From Gemmatimonadales bacterium (lineage in GTDB: Bacteria; Gemmatimonadota; Gemmatimonadetes; Gemmatimonadales; GWC2-71-9), in NCBI GenBank assembly GCA_035559715.1, contig DATMAW010000044.1, positions 1 through 59,270 on the forward strand: a DNA stretch of 59,270 bases, read 5' to 3'. The notes under the pieces were generated by a model that was given only the letters and a program-made list of their open reading frames with translations, was not told where the DNA came from and made no database searches. Position 1 is the first letter of the stretch; the number at the start of each line of letters is the position of its first letter. Below, piece after piece: positions 44,454-54,019 of the stretch. The position numbers and the translations under genes were made by a program.

Positions 44454-47400
44454 ATGGATCGCGCCGCGCTTCTCTCATCACTCCGCCGGGTAAGATCGGC
44501 GAGAGATCTCGGGCCCGTCTTCGGCGTGCTGGGATACGCCCTGACAGACGAGCCGTTCGAAGGTGACGCCGTTGTCGTGGCCCGGTGGCGGGGCTTTCGG
44601 GTCATCGCCTCTCCCGGCGATCCGGCCCGCGACCGTGTGCGACAGCTCGCTGCCGCGCTCGCCCGTGCCGGCGAGCGGGCGCTGGCAGTTGGCATCGAGA
44701 GCCAGGCGCTGGTGATTGCCGCGCCCCGGATCGGGGCCGGTGGCTCGACGCGGCTGTTGGTCGTCCCGTGCCGCGAGCCATCACCGCTCGCCGTGCAGCA
44801 ACTCGAGGATCTCGCCCCCCGAGCACGCGAATCGGCACTGGCGCACGCACTGCGCGTGGTGGAGGTGCTGTCCAGCGAGGCAGCCGGCCAGCGGTTCTTC
44901 ACCGCGTTCCTCTCCATACTCGAGCGCATGACGGTCTCCCTGACCGTCCAGGGGCCGAAAGCCGACCGGCGGATGGCCGTCCTGTTACAGCTGTCGCGGG
45001 TCTTGTTCCTCTATTTCGTGCAGGCAAAGGGGTGGCTCGACGGGCGGACCGACTATCTCCGCAGCGAACTCGACGACGCGCTGAGACGGGGCAAGAACTT
45101 CCATCGCACGCGCTTGCAGCCCCTGTTCTTCGGTACGCTGAATCGGCGAGTCGAGGAGCGATCCCGCCGCACGCGCGGGGCAATCCCGTACTTGAACGGA
45201 GGGCTGTTCGAGCCCCACGCGGTGGAGCGCCGGCTCGGCCCGATCTCGATATCGAACGCGCTGTGGCGTGAGGCGTTTGACGAGGTCTTCGAGCGATTCC
45301 GCTTCTGTGTGCGGGAGTCGGAAGAGGTGAACGCGATCGCGCCTGACATGCTCGGCCACGTGTTCGAGCGGGTCATGGATGAGGATGAGCGACACGCCAG
45401 CGGCGCATTCTACACGCCGGAAGCCGTGGTCCGAGACATCGTGAGCGCCACAGTCGAGACCGCGCTCGTGGGCCGCCGTGCCATCTCGGCGGACCTGGCC
45501 CGTCGCGCGCTCGCCGGCGAATCCGTGGGCCCAGACGAGGCCGCGCGCGTGAGTCGAGCCTTGGCAGAGCTGCGCATCCTGGATCCGGCGGTTGGGTCGG
45601 GCGCGTTCCTGCTCGGAGCGCTCGAATGGCTCACCCAGCTCAGGGTCAGGCTCGATGGCAGTGGCGCAGACGAGCCCGACGCTCGACGGCGAATCCGCCT
45701 CCAGGTATTGCGGAACAACCTGTTCGGCGTGGACCAGTCCCCCGTCGCCGTCCGCCTGGCCGAGTTGAGGCTCTGGCTGGCCGTCATCGCGGACGATCCC
45801 ACGACGGACATCGGTCGCGTTGCACCGTTGCCCAATCTGGACGGCGTCGTGCGACAAGGCGACTCGCTGCTGGATGCGATTGCTGCGCTTGGCACATTGG
45901 TACCGGACGGCGTGGCTCGGGTGGCCGTGCGGCCGCCGACGATACGGGGCATTGCCGAGGCTCGCGCGGCGGTGTTCGAGGCGCGTGGGAAGGCGCGTGG
46001 CGCGGCCATGCGACGTTTGCGAGACGCGGAACTTGCCTGGGCGGAGCAGGCCATCACCGCGAGCATCATGGCCGTCGATCGAGCGAAGCGAGAGCTGGCG
46101 GTCCTGGCCGGCGGCCGCGATCTGTTCGGTCGTCGCAGCGGCCTCACCCGTGAACAGCGGGCCCGGTATGATGTGCTCGACCAGCATCGTGCCGCCCTCG
46201 CACAAGCCGCCCAGGCAGTGGCGGACGGCTCAGTACCGTTTTTCGCCTTTGAGGTCCACGCGCCCGACGTGATCGCGGCCGGAGGATTCGACGCCGTGGT
46301 CGGAAACCCGCCGTGGGTGCGCGCCGAGCGGTTGCCGGCGGCAATGCGGCGCGCGCTGGCAGCCAGGTTTCGCTGGTGGAGGGCCACGCCCGCTCGCGGC
46401 TTCGGTCATCTGCCAGACCTCTCGGTGGCGTTCTTCGAGCGAGCCCTGGAGCTGACCTCACCCGGAGGGGCTGTGGGTCTTCTTGTCCCCAGCAAGGTCG
46501 TGACGGCGGCGTACGGGCAGGCCTTACGGTCCCACCTCGTGCGCGAAACGACGATCAGCTACTTGCACCGCGTGCCGGATCGAGATGCCCGGTCGTTTGG
46601 CGCCACGACCTATCCGCTGGTCGCGATCGTCAAGAAACGGCCGCCCGAACCCAGTCACCACGTGTACCTCGGCTTCGACAGGACGGCGTGTGTAACGCAA
46701 CGATCGCTCGGTGGCGTCTGGGTGCTGGTTCCCGATCGGGAACGGGACGCGCTCGTGCAGTTCCACGCCGCTGGCGTTCCGCTCGCGCGGCTCGCGCCGC
46801 CATCCCTCGGTGCCAAGAGCGGGGCGGACCGGCTGTTCGTTGGCGAACTCGAGCAAGTCGACGGCACCGTGGCCAGGGTGAAGCTCGACAGCGCCAGGGT
46901 GTCGCTGGAGGCGAGCCTGCTCCGGCCGGCGCTGCGCGGTCGAAACCTGCGGCCGTTCGAGGCAGCCGCGACTCGCGTGCTATTCTGCCCCCATCGGCCA
47001 GGCGGCGACTGCCTCACGCGACTGCCCCCGAGGGCTGCGGCATACGTCGCAGCCCGCGAGCGTCGCTTCGCGAGCAGGGCCGACTTCCGCTCCGGTCCCG
47101 TGTGGACACTGTTCCGCATCCGCGCAGCGCTGAGCGCCAACCGTGTGGTCTGGCCGGACATCGCGCGGCGCCCGGTGGCCGTGGCGCTGGATGAAACGCC
47201 GCTGGCCAACGCGGTGCCACTCAACACGTGTTACGTGGCGGTGGCGCCGGACCGAGACACGGCGCTCGCGATCACGGGCGTGTTCAACTCTACCTGGGCG
47301 GCAGCATCCGCCCTGGCCACTGCCGATGAGGCGCGAGGCGGATACCGCCGAATCAACGCGCGGGTGTCGGGGGCGTTCCCGGTGCCGGCACGGGGACCGG

Positions 47401-47549
47401 CGACCGCCGCCCTGTGCGCGCTCAGCGCGGCTGCTCACGATGGAAACCACCCGGGTCAGGACGATCTCGACGACGCCGTGGCAGAAGCGCTCGGGCTTCC
47501 TTCTGCCGTCCGCGCCGCCCTCCGCCGTCTGGCCGCGTATCGGCGCTGA
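44454..47549 (+). CDS. Eco57I/PglX/YeeA-style gamma-class N6-adenine DNA methyltransferase with large N- and C-terminal regions; no recognisable nuclease
   Basis: 1031 aa. [10 protein letters not shown] and [11 protein letters not shown]-terminal signatures, [10 protein letters not shown], motif [12 protein letters not shown] (45576-45608), motif IV NPPW (46305-46316), and a roughly 400-aa TRD-like tail. Confidence 0.85.
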   Translation: MDRAALLSSLRRVRSARDLGPVFGVLGYALTDEPFEGDAVVVARWRGFRVIASPGDPARDRVRQLAAALARAGERALAVGIESQALVIAAPRIGAGGSTRLLVVPCREPSPLAVQQLEDLAPRARESALAHALRVVEVLSSEAAGQRFFTAFLSILERMTVSLTVQGPKADRRMAVLLQLSRVLFLYFVQAKGWLDGRTDYLRSELDDALRRGKNFHRTRLQPLFFGTLNRRVEERSRRTRGAIPYLNGGLFEPHAVERRLGPISISNALWREAFDEVFERFRFCVRESEEVNAIAPDMLGHVFERVMDEDERHASGAFYTPEAVVRDIVSATVETALVGRRAISADLARRALAGESVGPDEAARVSRALAELRILDPAVGSGAFLLGALEWLTQLRVRLDGSGADEPDARRRIRLQVLRNNLFGVDQSPVAVRLAELRLWLAVIADDPTTDIGRVAPLPNLDGVVRQGDSLLDAIAALGTLVPDGVARVAVRPPTIRGIAEARAAVFEARGKARGAAMRRLRDAELAWAEQAITASIMAVDRAKRELAVLAGGRDLFGRRSGLTREQRARYDVLDQHRAALAQAAQAVADGSVPFFAFEVHAPDVIAAGGFDAVVGNPPWVRAERLPAAMRRALAARFRWWRATPARGFGHLPDLSVAFFERALELTSPGGAVGLLVPSKVVTAAYGQALRSHLVRETTISYLHRVPDRDARSFGATTYPLVAIVKKRPPEPSHHVYLGFDRTACVTQRSLGGVWVLVPDRERDALVQFHAAGVPLARLAPPSLGAKSGADRLFVGELEQVDGTVARVKLDSARVSLEASLLRPALRGRNLRPFEAAATRVLFCPHRPGGDCLTRLPPRAAAYVAARERRFASRADFRSGPVWTLFRIRAALSANRVVWPDIARRPVAVALDETPLANAVPLNTCYVAVAPDRDTALAITGVFNSTWAAASALATADEARGGYRRINARVSGAFPVPARGPATAALCALSAAAHDGNHPGQDDLDDAVAEALGLPSAVRAALRRLAAYRR

Positions 47550-49794
47550 GGCGCTGCAGCAGGTGCGAGAGCCCGTGGCGTGGTGCCTCGGGCCCGGCAC
47601 GCGTGTCCTTCCGGACGCCGTGCGGGACGTGATCCGCAGCGCGTTGCCGGGGCCTGCCGATCAAACCTGGGATCCGCCCGGCTGGTTGCTTCCCCATCAG
47701 CGACCCGCCGCGCAACGGCTTGCGGCGCGCCTGGAGATCTTCGGCGGAGCGCTACTGGCCGATGCGGTCGGCCTGGGCAAGACCTACGTGGCGCTCGCGC
47801 TGGCCAGCCGCGCGGAGCGGCCGGTCGCGACGGTTCCCGCGGCGCTCCTGGCGCAATGGGAACGGACCGCCCGGCGCGCACGTGTCCCCCTTGCCCTCGT
47901 GACCCACGAAGCGCTGAGCCGAGGCGCTGCGCTGCCCCGAGGCGACCTGGTCATTGCGGACGAAGCACACCGGTTCCGCAATCCCGAAACGCGGCGCTAT
48001 GACGCGCTGGCACGCGGCACGCTCGACGCGAGAGTACTCCTGCTCACGGCAACGCCGTTGGTCAACCAGGCGGCGGACGTGATCCACCTCCTGCGCCTGT
48101 TCCTGGTAGATCACGCGCTCGCCCTGTATGGCGTCCCTTCGTTGGAGCGGGCGGCGGCGGGGAACCGACACGACGAACTGGCGCACGCGCTGAGCGTGGT
48201 GGCCGTGGCTCGGACGCCGCTCGCGGCGCGCGTCGAAGAGCGCGTGCCGGCGGTGCAAGATGGGGCAACGTACGACGATGCCTGCCTCCCGCTGCCCGCG
48301 CTGCGAGATCTCGTGCGCCGAATCGACAACCTGGCGTTCCCGACGCTCGGGGAGCCCAACGCTGCCCAGCTCCTGCGGCTTCATCTCCTGAGTCGGCTCG
48401 CCTCATCCGCGCCGGCACTCGCGGGGACGCTGCGGCGCCATCGGAACTACCTGGAACGAGCCATCGCCGCGGCCAGGCGCGGCGAACGAATCCGGCGGCG
48501 GGTTCTGATGGAACTGCTCGACGACGAGGACGGCGCACAGCTGCTCCTGGAATTCGGTGCGGAGGTGCCGGAAGCCGTAGCGCCGCACCCGTCAGCGCTG
48601 CTCGCCGAGCTTGAGCGCGTCCAGGAGTTGCGGGATCTGGTCCGCAATCACTGCACACATGGTGGCGCAGGCGACCTGAAGGCCGGCCGGCTCCGGGACG
48701 TCCTCGCGAGACGTAACGGAAGCAAGACCATTGTGTTTACCACAGCCGTCGCGACCGCGCGCCACCTGGCGCGACTCCTTGCCTGGCAGCGTATCGTGGT
48801 CGTGACGGGGCACGGCGCGCAGATTGCCTCAGGACCACTAGCGCTCGCGGAGGCGTTAGAGCTATTCGCGCCCAGTGGCCAGGGCGCACGCGCCCCGGCA
48901 CGAGCGGCGGTGGCGGACGTGCTGGTCGCCACCGACCTCGCGAGTGAGGGCTTGAACCTTCAGGACGCCAATGCCGTGGTGCACTACGACCTGCCGTGGT
49001 CGCCGCTCAGGCTCACGCAGCGACTGGGGCGTATCGCGCGCCTCGGCTCGCTTCACCGTGCCGTGGACGTCGTGTGGTTCATGCCTGCGCCGCCGTTGGC
49101 GGAGCGTCTTGCCGTCTCGGCGCGCCTGGCGGTGAAGGCACGGGCGCAAGTCGCCGTCGGCACTCCCGCCACGAGCACCGTGGGGCAGGCACTTCTCGCC
49201 GGTGGCCTGTTCGATTGGCGGGAGCCGTGCAGCCGGGCCGGCGGCTTCCGTGTGGGCGCCCCCTGCTTCGCGGTCGTGTCCGGGCCGCGCGCCGCCCTTT
49301 TCGTTCTTGCGTGGCAGGTTGGAACGAGAGTCGTGCCCGAGGTCTTGGCGATGGAAGGGGATCCTCCCGAGGTCGTGCTGGAGGAGCGCCGCGTGCAACA
49401 GCTGGCGCAGGCCCTCATGTGCGCACCCGTTCTCCGGGGCGCCCCCCCAAGCCTTTACATGGACACGCTCCGCCGGGTCGTGCGCCACCGACTGGCCTCC
49501 GCGCAGACCGGCCCGCGGGACGCCGAGACCCGTCGTCTGGTTCGGCGAATCGTCCGATACGCGAGAGTGGCGGCCAGGAAGCGATCCATCGGGACGCTTG
49601 GCGCCTTAGACCAATGGCTCGATGCCCTGTTTGGCGGGCTGCGGGTCGGCGCCTTGCGTGAACTCGCTGCCGGGTTGGACCACCGTGGCGTACCGCCTGC
49701 AGCCGCGGGAGCCGGCGCATCGGGATGCATGCCGGCGGTCACACTGGCTGCCGCGTTGTTCGGTGATCGGCCCGAGTCGCCAAATCGCTCATAG
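47440..49794 (+). CDS. SNF2-family (SF2) helicase with uncharacterised ~270-aa C-terminal extension
   Basis: In frame with track ORF 47143..49794. LLPHQ, Walker A GLGKT (47770-47784), DEAH (47959-47970), [22 protein letters not shown], and [11 protein letters not shown]. The start is ambiguous: ATG 47440 (110-nt overlap with the methyltransferase) or GTG 47563 (14 nt after its stop). Confidence 0.8.
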   Translation: METTRVRTISTTPWQKRSGFLLPSAPPSAVWPRIGAEALQQVREPVAWCLGPGTRVLPDAVRDVIRSALPGPADQTWDPPGWLLPHQRPAAQRLAARLEIFGGALLADAVGLGKTYVALALASRAERPVATVPAALLAQWERTARRARVPLALVTHEALSRGAALPRGDLVIADEAHRFRNPETRRYDALARGTLDARVLLLTATPLVNQAADVIHLLRLFLVDHALALYGVPSLERAAAGNRHDELAHALSVVAVARTPLAARVEERVPAVQDGATYDDACLPLPALRDLVRRIDNLAFPTLGEPNAAQLLRLHLLSRLASSAPALAGTLRRHRNYLERAIAAARRGERIRRRVLMELLDDEDGAQLLLEFGAEVPEAVAPHPSALLAELERVQELRDLVRNHCTHGGAGDLKAGRLRDVLARRNGSKTIVFTTAVATARHLARLLAWQRIVVVTGHGAQIASGPLALAEALELFAPSGQGARAPARAAVADVLVATDLASEGLNLQDANAVVHYDLPWSPLRLTQRLGRIARLGSLHRAVDVVWFMPAPPLAERLAVSARLAVKARAQVAVGTPATSTVGQALLAGGLFDWREPCSRAGGFRVGAPCFAVVSGPRAALFVLAWQVGTRVVPEVLAMEGDPPEVVLEERRVQQLAQALMCAPVLRGAPPSLYMDTLRRVVRHRLASAQTGPRDAETRRLVRRIVRYARVAARKRSIGTLGALDQWLDALFGGLRVGALRELAAGLDHRGVPPAAAGAGASGCMPAVTLAAALFGDRPESPNRS

Positions 49795-49848
49795 ATCCTA
49801 TATTGGTTCGGACGGACGTTCCACGGCACGGGTGACCACTCCGCTTCG

Positions 49849-50547
49849 ATGGGAGCCCCCATGAACCTGAGCCACCTGTTCTCGAAGTTCGCCGGATTCT
49901 CCCCCATGTCCCACCACCCGAAACTCGAGCCACGATTCTGGGTGTATTCCACGGCGGCGTACATCATCCCCGTGGTCTCGCAGGTCGTGTTCCCGAGCGA
50001 GGAGGCGGGACTGTACGACGAATTGGTGTGGCTGATCACGCTGGCGCCCGCGTTTCTTCTCTCGCTGCACTTCGGCCTTCGGGGGGCGTTGGCCGGTCTC
50101 TTGATGGGGACTGCTCTGTTCATCGCCGTACAACTGTCGGTCTCGCTCAACTATACGCCGGACGACTGGCGCATCACTGTGCCGATCTACGTGGCATACG
50201 GCGTCCTGGCGATCAGCGTCGGGTGGCTGTCAGAGCAGTTGCACGAGCATTACAACCGGGCGCTGGAGAACGAGCGCCTCGCGGGCGTGGGGCAGGTGGC
50301 CGTCACCCTGCGGCACGAAGTGAACAATGCGCTCACCGCGATCGTGGCCGAGAGTCATCTGCTCGCGTCTGCGCCGGACGGACTCACGGAGCAGCAAAAA
50401 CTCTCTGCCACGGCGATCCGGGACGCGGCCATGCGGATCGCCACAGACCTGGCGAAGCTGACGGATCTCTCGAATGCGCCGACCAAGGAGTACATCCCGG
50501 GCGGCACCCGGATGATCGACCTGCAGTCCGCGCGGTCACGTTCGTAA
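49849..50547 (+). CDS. Membrane protein with histidine-kinase DHp (HisKA-like) domain but no ATPase domain
   Basis: About 4 TM helices, then GQVAVTLRHEVNNALTAIVAESHLL (H-box). The ORF ends about 75 aa later with no N/G1/G2 boxes. The next gene is convergent. Confidence 0.55.
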   Translation: MGAPMNLSHLFSKFAGFSPMSHHPKLEPRFWVYSTAAYIIPVVSQVVFPSEEAGLYDELVWLITLAPAFLLSLHFGLRGALAGLLMGTALFIAVQLSVSLNYTPDDWRITVPIYVAYGVLAISVGWLSEQLHEHYNRALENERLAGVGQVAVTLRHEVNNALTAIVAESHLLASAPDGLTEQQKLSATAIRDAAMRIATDLAKLTDLSNAPTKEYIPGGTRMIDLQSARSRS

Positions 50548-50590
50548 GGCGTCGGCCTGTGCAGGACGCGGTGCGGGAAGGCGGGCCGTG

Positions 50591-51625
50591 TTAGCGAACC
50601 AGCCCGTGCAAGATGAGATAGCTCACGCCGGCAATGCCGGCGGAGGCCGGGATGGTGAGCACCCACGCGACGAGGATTCGGCCGGCCACCACCCAGCGCA
50701 CGGATGACACGCGATTCGCGGCTCCCACGCCGGCGATAGCACCCGTGATTGTGTGGGTCGTACTGACGGGAATGCCGTAAGTCGAAGAGACAAAGAGCGT
50801 CGCCGCGCCGCTGGTTTCGGCACAGAAGCCGCCGAAAGGCCGAAGCTTGGTGATTCGCTGACCCATCGTCTTCACGATGCGCCAGCCGCCAGCCATCGTC
50901 CCCAGGGCAATCGCCGCATGGGCGGAAAGAATAACCCATGTGGGGACCGTGTCCGCCGTTGTTAAGTGGAAGGCGCGAAGCGGGAACGTTTCGAACAGGC
51001 CCTGACTTGCCACAAGCAGCGCCACAATAATTCCCATGGTTTTCTGCGCGTCATTGGTGCCGTGGCCCAGCGAGTAGAGCGCCGCCGAGATGAGCTGCAG
51101 CGCTCGAAACACGCGGTCCACACGGCGTGGCGTGGTCCGCCTCAGCGCCCAGGAAAGCCCCACGGTCAGTGCCAGCGCGAGCGCGAGGCCCATGACAGGT
51201 GCCACGACGATGAAGACCAGGGTCTTGATCCAGCCTTGCGGAATGAGGGCGGAAAACCCTGCCTTGGCCAACGCCGCTCCGGCGTAGCCTCCCACAAGCG
51301 CGTGTGACGAAGAGGTTGGCAGTCCCCACCACCACGTCATGAGATCCCACGTGATGGCCCCGAGGAGACCACCCAACACCACGATGGGATCCACTACGCT
51401 GAGGTCTATCATGCCCTTGCCGACGGTTCGGGCGATGGCCGTTCCGAACGTGAAAGCGGCCACGAAGTTCCAGAAAGCCGCCCAAAACACCGCGGCAAAC
51501 GGCGATAACACCCGAGTGGAAACCACCGTGGCGACGGAGTTGGCCGCGTCGTGGAACCCGTTGACGAAGTCGAAGATCAGCGCGACCAGAACGATCGCAA
51601 GCACAAACCAAACGGTGTCCGCCAT
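50591..51625 (-). CDS. pit: Inorganic phosphate transporter, PiT family
   Basis: GFHDAANSVATVV and GHGTNDAQKTMGII repeat signatures. Confidence 0.9.
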   Translation of the reverse strand: MADTVWFVLAIVLVALIFDFVNGFHDAANSVATVVSTRVLSPFAAVFWAAFWNFVAAFTFGTAIARTVGKGMIDLSVVDPIVVLGGLLGAITWDLMTWWWGLPTSSSHALVGGYAGAALAKAGFSALIPQGWIKTLVFIVVAPVMGLALALALTVGLSWALRRTTPRRVDRVFRALQLISAALYSLGHGTNDAQKTMGIIVALLVASQGLFETFPLRAFHLTTADTVPTWVILSAHAAIALGTMAGGWRIVKTMGQRITKLRPFGGFCAETSGAATLFVSSTYGIPVSTTHTITGAIAGVGAANRVSSVRWVVAGRILVAWVLTIPASAGIAGVSYLILHGLVR

Positions 51626-52236
51626 CAGGCGTGCTTCAGGACGATGGACTCGATGTCGTTGGCGACATCCTCACCCTCGTCAATCGTGGTCTCGAGGATG
51701 TCGTAGATCTCCTTCCACTTAATGATCTGGATCGCATCCTTCTCCGTGTCGAACAGCTTGCCCAGCATTTGGTGGTACAGGGCGTCTCCTTCCTCCTCCA
51801 GTCGCTTGGCCTCGACACAATGCTGCATCACGTCGTTCTTGCCACGGAGCTTCCGTACCGCTTGGCCGATCTCGGCCGTCATCCGTCGGATGATCTGACA
51901 CAGTTCTGCAATGCCGGGGGGCGCCGCGCCCAGGCGGAAGATCTGCGCTCGCCGCGCGGTACCGTCGATCCGGTCGATCACGTCGTCGAGGTCGGTTGCC
52001 AAGAGATGGATATCCTCGCGATCGATCGGCGTGATGAACGTACGGTCCAATCGATTCACCACTTCGTGCGTGATGCCGTCGGCCTCATTCTCCAGTCGCT
52101 TGATGGCCTCCGCGCAATAGGTGGCGCGCTCCGGCTCAGTGAACATCTGCTGCAGAAACTCGGCGGCCTTCTCGCTGCGGGTTGCGGCCTCAACGAACAG
52201 ATCGAAAAACTCTTCTTCTTTGGGCAGGAGCCGCAC
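51625..52236 (-). CDS. DUF47 (PhoU-like) Pit accessory protein
   Basis: Track ORF 51625..52410 trimmed to GTG 52236, with GGAGGG 7 nt upstream. VRLLPKEEEFFDLF N-terminus. ENEADGITHEV and EEEGDALYHQ repeats. Confidence 0.8.
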   Translation of the reverse strand: MRLLPKEEEFFDLFVEAATRSEKAAEFLQQMFTEPERATYCAEAIKRLENEADGITHEVVNRLDRTFITPIDREDIHLLATDLDDVIDRIDGTARRAQIFRLGAAPPGIAELCQIIRRMTAEIGQAVRKLRGKNDVMQHCVEAKRLEEEGDALYHQMLGKLFDTEKDAIQIIKWKEIYDILETTIDEGEDVANDIESIVLKHA

Positions 52237-52330
52237 AGGTACCCTCCGGGGACGAGTTGAAAAAGGGGGTCGCGGCGCTGCGAAAGCTGGCCTGCGGTAC
52301 TGGTTGTAACAAGTCTCGTTTCTCGGGCTC

Positions 52331-52385
52331 TTGCACCGCCACCGGTTCGGTATATATTCGGCAGCGTGACCGAACAAACACCGAA
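52331..52385. promoter_or_regulatory. Divergent promoter region with two opposed TTCGG-N6-TTCGG repeats
   Basis: The plus strand has TTGCAC (52331-36), N16, TATATT (52353-58). Box 1 TTCGGTATATATTCGG is at 52346-52361. Box 2 at 52370-52385 reads TTCGGTGTTTGTTCGG on the minus strand. Confidence 0.35.
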
Positions 52386-52462
52386 GCTGTCGCAGATCGA
52401 AGGCCAGCAACTCGTGCGTGATACCGTCATTGACGCCGAATCACTAAGCAGTTGCCCTGAGT

Positions 52463-53608
52463 GTGGTTATAAGACCAGACATGGCTCAGGATGCCGCTAC
52501 TGTCCTGACTGCGGTTGGTCCGCCTGCTCCTGAGAGACCGCCCGTAAGCCTCAGAGGGCGGCGGCCAGCACCCGAGCGGAGCGGCCAGGGCCAGCTTGTG
52601 GTCCTGGACGAGCGCGCAAGGGGTACTCGGTTCATCGCCCAGCAAGTGCGCTCGGCGCTCAATCCGCCCGAGTCCACCGGGATCGGCTGCTGGTCGCTGA
52701 ACCCGTATGTCGGGTGCGAATTCGGGTGCGCGTACTGCTACGCGCGGTTCGCCCACCGATACGTGCTCGAGCGTGCCCGGGACGAGGGCAAGGTGAGCCA
52801 GGAGGAATTCGCGCGGCTCCGCGGGCCAGGCGGATGGGAAGGGTTCGAGCATCACATCTTCGTGAAGCAGCGGGAGGCGGTGCTGCAGGCGCTCGATCGA
52901 GACCTGCCGCGCATTCTGGCGCGCAGCCGCTCGGGCGATGGCGAAACGCTGCTCATCGGCACGGCCACGGATCCATATCAGCCGGCGGAGCGCCGCTTCC
53001 ACGTGACGCGGGCGGTGCTCGAGCGGCTGCTCCGTGAGCGGGGGCTCACGATCAGCCTCATCACGAAGAGCTCGCTGGTCTGCCGTGACGCGGAGCTGCT
53101 CGCGGCGCTGGGGCAGCGCCACCGTGTGCTGGTGAACATTTCGCTCATTTCTGCGGACCCAAAACTCATCGCGTGGTTGGAAGCCCGCTCGCCCGCGCCG
53201 CACGCGCGTTTGCGTGCCGTGCGGCGTCTCACGGAGCGCGGTGTGGCCGCCGGCGTGCTGGTGGCTCCAATCCTTCCGGGGATCACGGACTCGGTGGAGA
53301 ACATCCGAACGGTGCTCGAGGCAGCCAGAGCGCACGGCGCGCAGTTTGCGCATCCGAGCCCGTTGCGGTTGTATCCCGCCGTTCGACCCCTGCTGCTGCC
53401 GCTGATCGGGCGGCGGTTCCCTTCGCTGGCCGCGCGATACCGCGAAGTGTACCAGGGGGTGGGGCGGGCGCCGAAAGACTACCATCTCGCCCTCACACGG
53501 CGGTTCGAGCGCGTGGCGCGCGTCGTGGGGATTCCCGTGGAAAGCGAGCGCCGCGCGGTCGCCGGCGTCGAGCGACAACTCAACTTCTGGCCGGAGCAAC
53601 GCCCGTGA
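52463..53608 (+). CDS. Radical SAM protein, SplB/DNA-repair-photolyase-like (COG1533-type)
   Basis: CEFGCAYCY cluster motif (CxxxCxxC) in the NPYVGCEFGCAYCYARF context. Length about 380 aa. ATG 52481 is an alternative start. Confidence 0.8.
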   Translation: MVIRPDMAQDAATVLTAVGPPAPERPPVSLRGRRPAPERSGQGQLVVLDERARGTRFIAQQVRSALNPPESTGIGCWSLNPYVGCEFGCAYCYARFAHRYVLERARDEGKVSQEEFARLRGPGGWEGFEHHIFVKQREAVLQALDRDLPRILARSRSGDGETLLIGTATDPYQPAERRFHVTRAVLERLLRERGLTISLITKSSLVCRDAELLAALGQRHRVLVNISLISADPKLIAWLEARSPAPHARLRAVRRLTERGVAAGVLVAPILPGITDSVENIRTVLEAARAHGAQFAHPSPLRLYPAVRPLLLPLIGRRFPSLAARYREVYQGVGRAPKDYHLALTRRFERVARVVGIPVESERRAVAGVERQLNFWPEQRP

Positions 53609-53988
53609 AGAAGATGACGCCGATTCTCTATGTAGAGGCCATCGAGCCCTGTCTCGGCTTCTGGGTCGATCGGCTGGGGTTCGCCAAGACGGTGGAAGTA
53701 CCGCACGGAGACCGGCTTGGGTTCGTGATCCTCGTGAAGGGTCAGTGGGAACTCATGTACCAGACGTGGGATAGCGCGGACGCGGATCTGAAGGGTGCCG
53801 TGCCACGGACCACTGGGCGATCCGCTGCGCTCTACATCGAGGTGGAAGACATTGACGCCGTCGAGCGTGCCATGGTGGGCGCCGCGATCGTGCACGCGCG
53901 CCGCAAGGCGTTCTACGGGGCCACGGAGATCTTCGTCCGCGAGCCCGGTGGGCACGTTGTCGGGTTTGGACAGATGGAGGCGGCGTGA
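53605..53988 (+). CDS. VOC/glyoxalase-bleomycin-resistance family protein
   Basis: In frame with track ORF 53173..53988. GTG 53605 overlaps the preceding stop (ATG 53614 is an alternative). ILYVEAIEPCLGFWVDRLGF...EIFVREPGGHVVGF. Confidence 0.7.
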   Translation: MKKMTPILYVEAIEPCLGFWVDRLGFAKTVEVPHGDRLGFVILVKGQWELMYQTWDSADADLKGAVPRTTGRSAALYIEVEDIDAVERAMVGAAIVHARRKAFYGATEIFVREPGGHVVGFGQMEAA

Positions 53989-54019
53989 CCGACTTGGCCA
54001 GGAGGGGCGTCGCCCGCCG

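Noticed and set aside
44985-46205. A 406-aa minus-strand ORF (also 45410..46387, 325 aa) antisense to the methyltransferase gene
   Set aside because: The translation is Arg/Ala/Pro/Gly-rich with no recognisable motifs. The opposite strand carries clear methyltransferase motifs in frame. Long stop-free antisense frames are expected in high-GC coding DNA.
52427-53599. A 390-aa minus-strand ORF antisense to the radical SAM gene
   Set aside because: It has no motifs and is Arg/His/Pro-rich. The plus strand carries the CxxxCxxC radical SAM signature and a coherent protein.
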